Assembly: GCA_016927935.1 (NCBI GenBank)
Contig: JAFGLS010000239.1
Location: 4,390 to 68,389 of the forward strand
DNA: 64,000 bases
From: Syntrophaceae bacterium
GTDB lineage: Bacteria > Desulfobacterota > Syntrophia > Syntrophales > Smithellaceae
Reading direction: 5' to 3'
In this document: positions 59,982 through 64,000 of the stretch, in pieces
Position numbering within the stretch: the first letter of the stretch is position 1
How the letters are laid out: every line of letters starts with the position of its first letter
Made by a program: the position numbers and the translations under genes
The notes under the pieces: generated by a model
Database searches by the model: none
What the model saw: the letters and a program-made list of their open reading frames with translations, nothing else
What the model was told of the DNA's origin: nothing

Positions 59982-60245
59982 TTTAAAAATCCTCCTGATA
60001 CCAATTTGTTTGGTATAATACCAAGTAAGCTTTCAAAGATTCATATTTTAATGTTTAAAAGCAACTTGGTATAAAAATGTGCGTCGTTACTAAACCATAA
60101 GGCGGCATTTTGCAAGCATTTTTTCATTAATAATTAAAATTAAGGAATTTAACCCCTTACTAATGTTTGAAAATGATTTTCTCCGGTAAATGTAGAGAAA
60201 GAAAGAATATATTTTTAAATGGTTGATATTATAAGTTTTTGTAAA

Positions 60246-61679
60246 TTACTTCATTTTAACGCCAACACGTGCCACGGCATTCATTCCGGAAATAATTTCA
60301 CCCTCTAAACCGGCATCTACAAGCAATGAAGCTCCGGACAAATAAGTGTTTCTGAATCTGGTTTTGTTGTTTTTCGCGGCAAAGCCGGTGATAAAAGCAT
60401 TGCGTAAATGATATTTGGGATTAACGACATCCCGTTGTTTCCTGGAAATATTGATGGATTCTTCTATATCGAAAAATTCAATATTTTCCTTTAGGAAGGT
60501 GAGAAAATATTCCAGACGACCGATAATTGAGTCGGCAGTTTGTTTTAAATTATCTCTTGTCCAGATATCTTGATTATCCGGGAGAAAAACAGTGGCCGTT
60601 AAAGGAATTTTTGATACAGTATCAATTTTTTCATTTTGGGATTCGCTTGATTCCAGAATGATGAGATTATCATCATATATATCTTTATTGACGTCACTAA
60701 TTACAAGGACATGCCTGGCCAATTTTTCAGGAATGCATTTCGGGTTAACTCCCAGATGAATCGTGAAGGGGTAATGGGAGATTTTAGACGGCCGGATAAA
60801 ATCACCGAAACTGAATTTCTTCTTGTGCTCAAATACCAGACGCATGTTCTGCCATTTTGTGCTGACAATCAAATTATGCGCCTCAATCTTCGATGCATTT
60901 CCTTCTTTATCCATGTAAATAACTTCGATTACTTTTCCCTTTTTAACGGACAGCACTTCGTAGTTTTTCAGATATAAACCATCAGCTGTCTCTACTTTGT
61001 TTATCAGGGAATCAATAAATGCCTTTTTGCCGTGTGAAAAACTGTAAAAGCCGCGTAGGGGAGCGCAGTACAAAAAATCAGAAAAGAATGAACATTGATT
61101 ATTCCTTTTGAAAGAGAGCAGAGCTTGTTGTACTTCGATAACTTTATGGAAAGAGGCATTTCGCGACATAAGCTTTTTTAATTTTAAATTATTAAGTTTA
61201 CTCTTTATTAAATAAGGAATTAGATTAATGTAGTCAATGTATTCCTTGAATTTTTTCGGCTGAATAAAAGGATGTTCATGGAGCCATTTTTCAGCGACTT
61301 CCGAGTTTTCTTCAGCATTGTCATAATAGGATTTAATTTCTTTAGCTAAGTCAGGAAATTCACGGGCATGTTCCTGAATAATTGCTTCCTTGTCTTTGGA
61401 AAAATCAAGTCTGTTTTCAGGAAGAATTATCTGATAAACGGGATTTAACAAATTGCTTTCCAGAGAAACATTTAAATCCTTCAAGAGCAGGGAAACAATT
61501 TGTTTTTCTCCGAGGCCGACAAAAGGAGTCGTATCTGTATTAAAAAAGAGGTTGCCCATGATGCAGATACTTTCCAGTGCGTTTTCCGCTATCAGTGCTG
61601 TTTTTATACCTTTGGAAGAAGCTACTGCCGCGGCCACATACGAGGAAGGATCATTACCTATAACAATAAGACCGTACAT
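60246..61679 (-). CDS. Phytoene dehydrogenase-like FAD-fold protein with degenerate dinucleotide motif
   Basis: LIVIGNDPSSYVAA N-terminus; T...N.YL.G....G.G.EG...SG C-terminus. Confidence 0.65.
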   Translation of the reverse strand: MYGLIVIGNDPSSYVAAAVASSKGIKTALIAENALESICIMGNLFFNTDTTPFVGLGEKQIVSLLLKDLNVSLESNLLNPVYQIILPENRLDFSKDKEAIIQEHAREFPDLAKEIKSYYDNAEENSEVAEKWLHEHPFIQPKKFKEYIDYINLIPYLIKSKLNNLKLKKLMSRNASFHKVIEVQQALLSFKRNNQCSFFSDFLYCAPLRGFYSFSHGKKAFIDSLINKVETADGLYLKNYEVLSVKKGKVIEVIYMDKEGNASKIEAHNLIVSTKWQNMRLVFEHKKKFSFGDFIRPSKISHYPFTIHLGVNPKCIPEKLARHVLVISDVNKDIYDDNLIILESSESQNEKIDTVSKIPLTATVFLPDNQDIWTRDNLKQTADSIIGRLEYFLTFLKENIEFFDIEESINISRKQRDVVNPKYHLRNAFITGFAAKNNKTRFRNTYLSGASLLVDAGLEGEIISGMNAVARVGVKMK

Positions 61680-61764
61680 TGATTATTTCATACCTTCATA
61701 AGTAAAAATAAAAATTTTAGAAATTATCCTGCGTACCCGTGATACCGGAGAAGATATTACCTTT

Positions 61765-62379
61765 TCAGTTTTTAATAAATACTTTTCTTCCTTTGACAGA
61801 TAGTTTGCCATCGGCAAAAAGCTGGATTGCCCGCGGATAAATCTTGTGTTCTTCCTTTAATATTCTTGCCGCCAGAGTTTCTTCCGTGTCGTCGTCGAGA
61901 ACAGGCACCGCGCTTTGAATTATTATCGGTCCTGTATCCACTCCTTCATCAACAAAATGGACGGTACAACCGGAGACTTTCACGCCGTATTCCACGGCCT
62001 GTCTTTGTCCGTGAAGTCCGGGAAAAGATGGAAGAAGAGCGGGATGTATATTCAATATCTTTTGAGGAAAAGCTTTCAGAAAAGTTGGAGAAATAATTCG
62101 CATGAAACCGGCCAGAATAACCAGTTCCACGCCATTATCTTTTAATGATTTTATCAATTTCACGTCAAAATCTTCTTTGTTTTTAAAGTCATTGCTTTTT
62201 AAAACAATAAAAGGAATATTGTGTTTTTTCGCCCTGCTGATTCCATAAGCCTCGGGATTGTTGCTGATAACAATTTTAATGACAGCCTTGAGGGAACCAT
62301 TTTCAATATGGTCGATAATTGATTGCATGTTGGAGCCGTTTCCGGAAATCAAAACTCCCAGTTTCAATAAATCAGACAT
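61765..62379 (-). CDS. purN: Phosphoribosylglycinamide formyltransferase
   Basis: ISGNGSN, LAGFMRI, NIHPALLP, DTGPII; start at MSDLLK. Confidence 0.96.
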   Translation of the reverse strand: MSDLLKLGVLISGNGSNMQSIIDHIENGSLKAVIKIVISNNPEAYGISRAKKHNIPFIVLKSNDFKNKEDFDVKLIKSLKDNGVELVILAGFMRIISPTFLKAFPQKILNIHPALLPSFPGLHGQRQAVEYGVKVSGCTVHFVDEGVDTGPIIIQSAVPVLDDDTEETLAARILKEEHKIYPRAIQLFADGKLSVKGRKVFIKN

Positions 62380-62523
62380 TTTTTTAACCCCGATAAATGG
62401 GATAAGCCCCGCATACATGCGGGATAAGTGCGTTAATGATTTTATTACATAAAATAAAATCAAGCTTACTAATGCGTTAACGAAATTATTTTCTGTAAAG
62501 AGCAGAAAATAATTTCTAACTTA

Positions 62524-63573
62524 CTAACCTTCAGAAATAAAAACCTGTTCTTGGCTGTCTTCTTTCTTCTCTATAAAGCCGATTTGATACGCTTTCTCGC
62601 CCAGAATTTTTAGATGCTCGGTAACAGCCTGGCTCTCTTTTTGCGCGACAATAATCATCATTCCGATACCCATGTTGAACACACGGAACATTTCTCTCTC
62701 CTCAACATTGCCTGTTTCCTTGATAACTTTAAATATAGGCGGTATGTCCCAGCTTCCTTTGTTTATAACCGAACGGCAGGATTGTGGAATGATTCTGGGA
62801 ATGTTGTCATAAAATCCGCCTCCGGTAATATGGACAAGTCCTTTTATATTAAAATTTTTAAAAAGATTCAGCAGAGGCTTGGCATAAATTCTGGTTGGCT
62901 CCAGCATTTCCAACCCGATAGTTTTTTCCAAACCGGCAACCTTGTCATTGATGCTTAATTTTCCTTTTTCCAGAAGAACTTTTCGGGCTAAAGAAAATCC
63001 GTTGCTGTGGAGTCCGCTGGAAGCAAGCCCGATAATTCTGTCATTGACGCTTATCGTGGAACCGGTAATTAGTTTTTCTGATTCCACAACACCGACGCAA
63101 AAACCGGCAAGATCATATTCCCCTGGTTTGTAAAAACCCGGCATTTCCGCTGTTTCACCGCCTAAGAGAGTGCATCCGGCTTGACGACATCCTTCGGTAA
63201 TTCCTTCTATTACTTTAACGCTTTTTTCCACCTCTATTTTACCCGTGGCAAAATAGTCGAGAAAAAACAGAGGCTCCGCCCCCTGAACAAGAACGTCATT
63301 TGCCGACATGGCGACAAGGTCAATGCCGACAGTATCATGTTTATCCAGCATTTGGGCAATGCGCAGCTTGGTGCCGACACCGTCTGTGGAAGAAACCAGC
63401 ATCGGATTTTTCAAATTATCTAAATTCAAGCGAAAAAGTCCGCCAAAACCGCCGATACCGGCGACAACCTCTTTGCGCGCGGTCGTTTTTATTGTGGATT
63501 TGATGCGTTCTACAAATTCATTGGCGGTGTCGATATCAACTCCCGCGTCCTTATATGTGATGTTATCTGTCAT
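62524..63573 (-). CDS. purM: Phosphoribosylformylglycinamidine cyclo-ligase
   Basis: YKDAGVD, TDGVGTK, GGETAEMPG, HSNGFSL, FNMGIG motifs. Confidence 0.97.
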   Translation of the reverse strand: MTDNITYKDAGVDIDTANEFVERIKSTIKTTARKEVVAGIGGFGGLFRLNLDNLKNPMLVSSTDGVGTKLRIAQMLDKHDTVGIDLVAMSANDVLVQGAEPLFFLDYFATGKIEVEKSVKVIEGITEGCRQAGCTLLGGETAEMPGFYKPGEYDLAGFCVGVVESEKLITGSTISVNDRIIGLASSGLHSNGFSLARKVLLEKGKLSINDKVAGLEKTIGLEMLEPTRIYAKPLLNLFKNFNIKGLVHITGGGFYDNIPRIIPQSCRSVINKGSWDIPPIFKVIKETGNVEEREMFRVFNMGIGMMIIVAQKESQAVTEHLKILGEKAYQIGFIEKKEDSQEQVFISEG

Positions 63574-63780
63574 CTTTACTCCTATGAATTTATTTATTTT
63601 AATATTGACGTGGAACTGGTTTTTTATCTAACGTAATTCAATTTTTAAGTCAATCATTCCTTGCGCAAATAAAATATATTTGTTAACAAAAGCCATAAAT
63701 TAATGGAAATTATTTGGCAAGTTGGTGCCTGTCCTATTTAAGAGGATTAGGTTTGCTGAATTTACGATGTGGAGACACAA

Positions 63781-64000
63781 ATGGATTCACAAAAAGAAAT
63801 TCTGCAAAAGATAGAACAGCCTTTGAATTTCGCGTCCAAAGATAATTACAAAAACCTTTCACACATAAAAGATTTGGGCAAATTTCTTTTAAATCTTCTG
63901 CCCACATTAAAGACTTCTTCACTGATGCCGGACAATAAGGATTTCAATAAACTTATAGATGAAATATTGGAAATATTTTCTGATTATGACCGGCAGAAGC
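63781..64000 (+). CDS. recG: Probable RecG helicase N-terminus (partial)
   Basis: Open frame MDSQKEILQKIEQPLNFASKDNYKNLSHIKDL... to the window end, GGAG RBS; resembles the deltaproteobacterial RecG N-extension from memory; no helicase motifs in the window. Confidence 0.55.
   Translation, partial: MDSQKEILQKIEQPLNFASKDNYKNLSHIKDLGKFLLNLLPTLKTSSLMPDNKDFNKLIDEILEIFSDYDRQK

Overview
The window looks like chromosome from an anaerobic deltaproteobacterium, probably Syntrophales/Smithella-like. This is inferred from gene content (Re-citrate synthase with a C-terminal extension, acyl-CoA ligases, carD-PIN/TRAM-ispDF-gltX), not from a database search. Bases 1-12727 are the right-hand part of an integrative, satellite-like element inserted at tRNA-Cys. 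It has a minus-strand core (integrase 5' end, XRE regulator, two excisionase-like HTH genes, a phage-type replication initiator and a DnaB-like helicase) and an AT-rich plus-strand cargo region, and it ends in a damaged tRNA-Cys 3' fragment (attR). Inside the cargo, a second ~279-aa tyrosine recombinase sits in an array of co-oriented small genes. These genes are separated by a recurring ~65-bp site with a 30-bp dif-like core (11-8-11) flanked by two related boxes 47 bp apart. One site looks like a precisely collapsed recombination product, so this is a candidate integron-like cassette system that does not use attC sites. The rest of the window is housekeeping and metabolic genes (carD, ispDF, gltX, truA, rfbD, aspS, hisS, comEC, pilSR-like, recJ, rpmB, purN, purM, recG start) plus signalling proteins and many REP/MITE-like intergenic repeats. 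The second main candidate is an unannotated Phe-rich leader peptide (MLENISLKRAVFFYFFSFINRVCQRDS) with antiterminator and terminator. It precedes a Liv-type ABC transporter, acyl-CoA synthetase and phenylacetate-CoA ligase operon, which suggests phenylalanine-controlled aryl-acid salvage.
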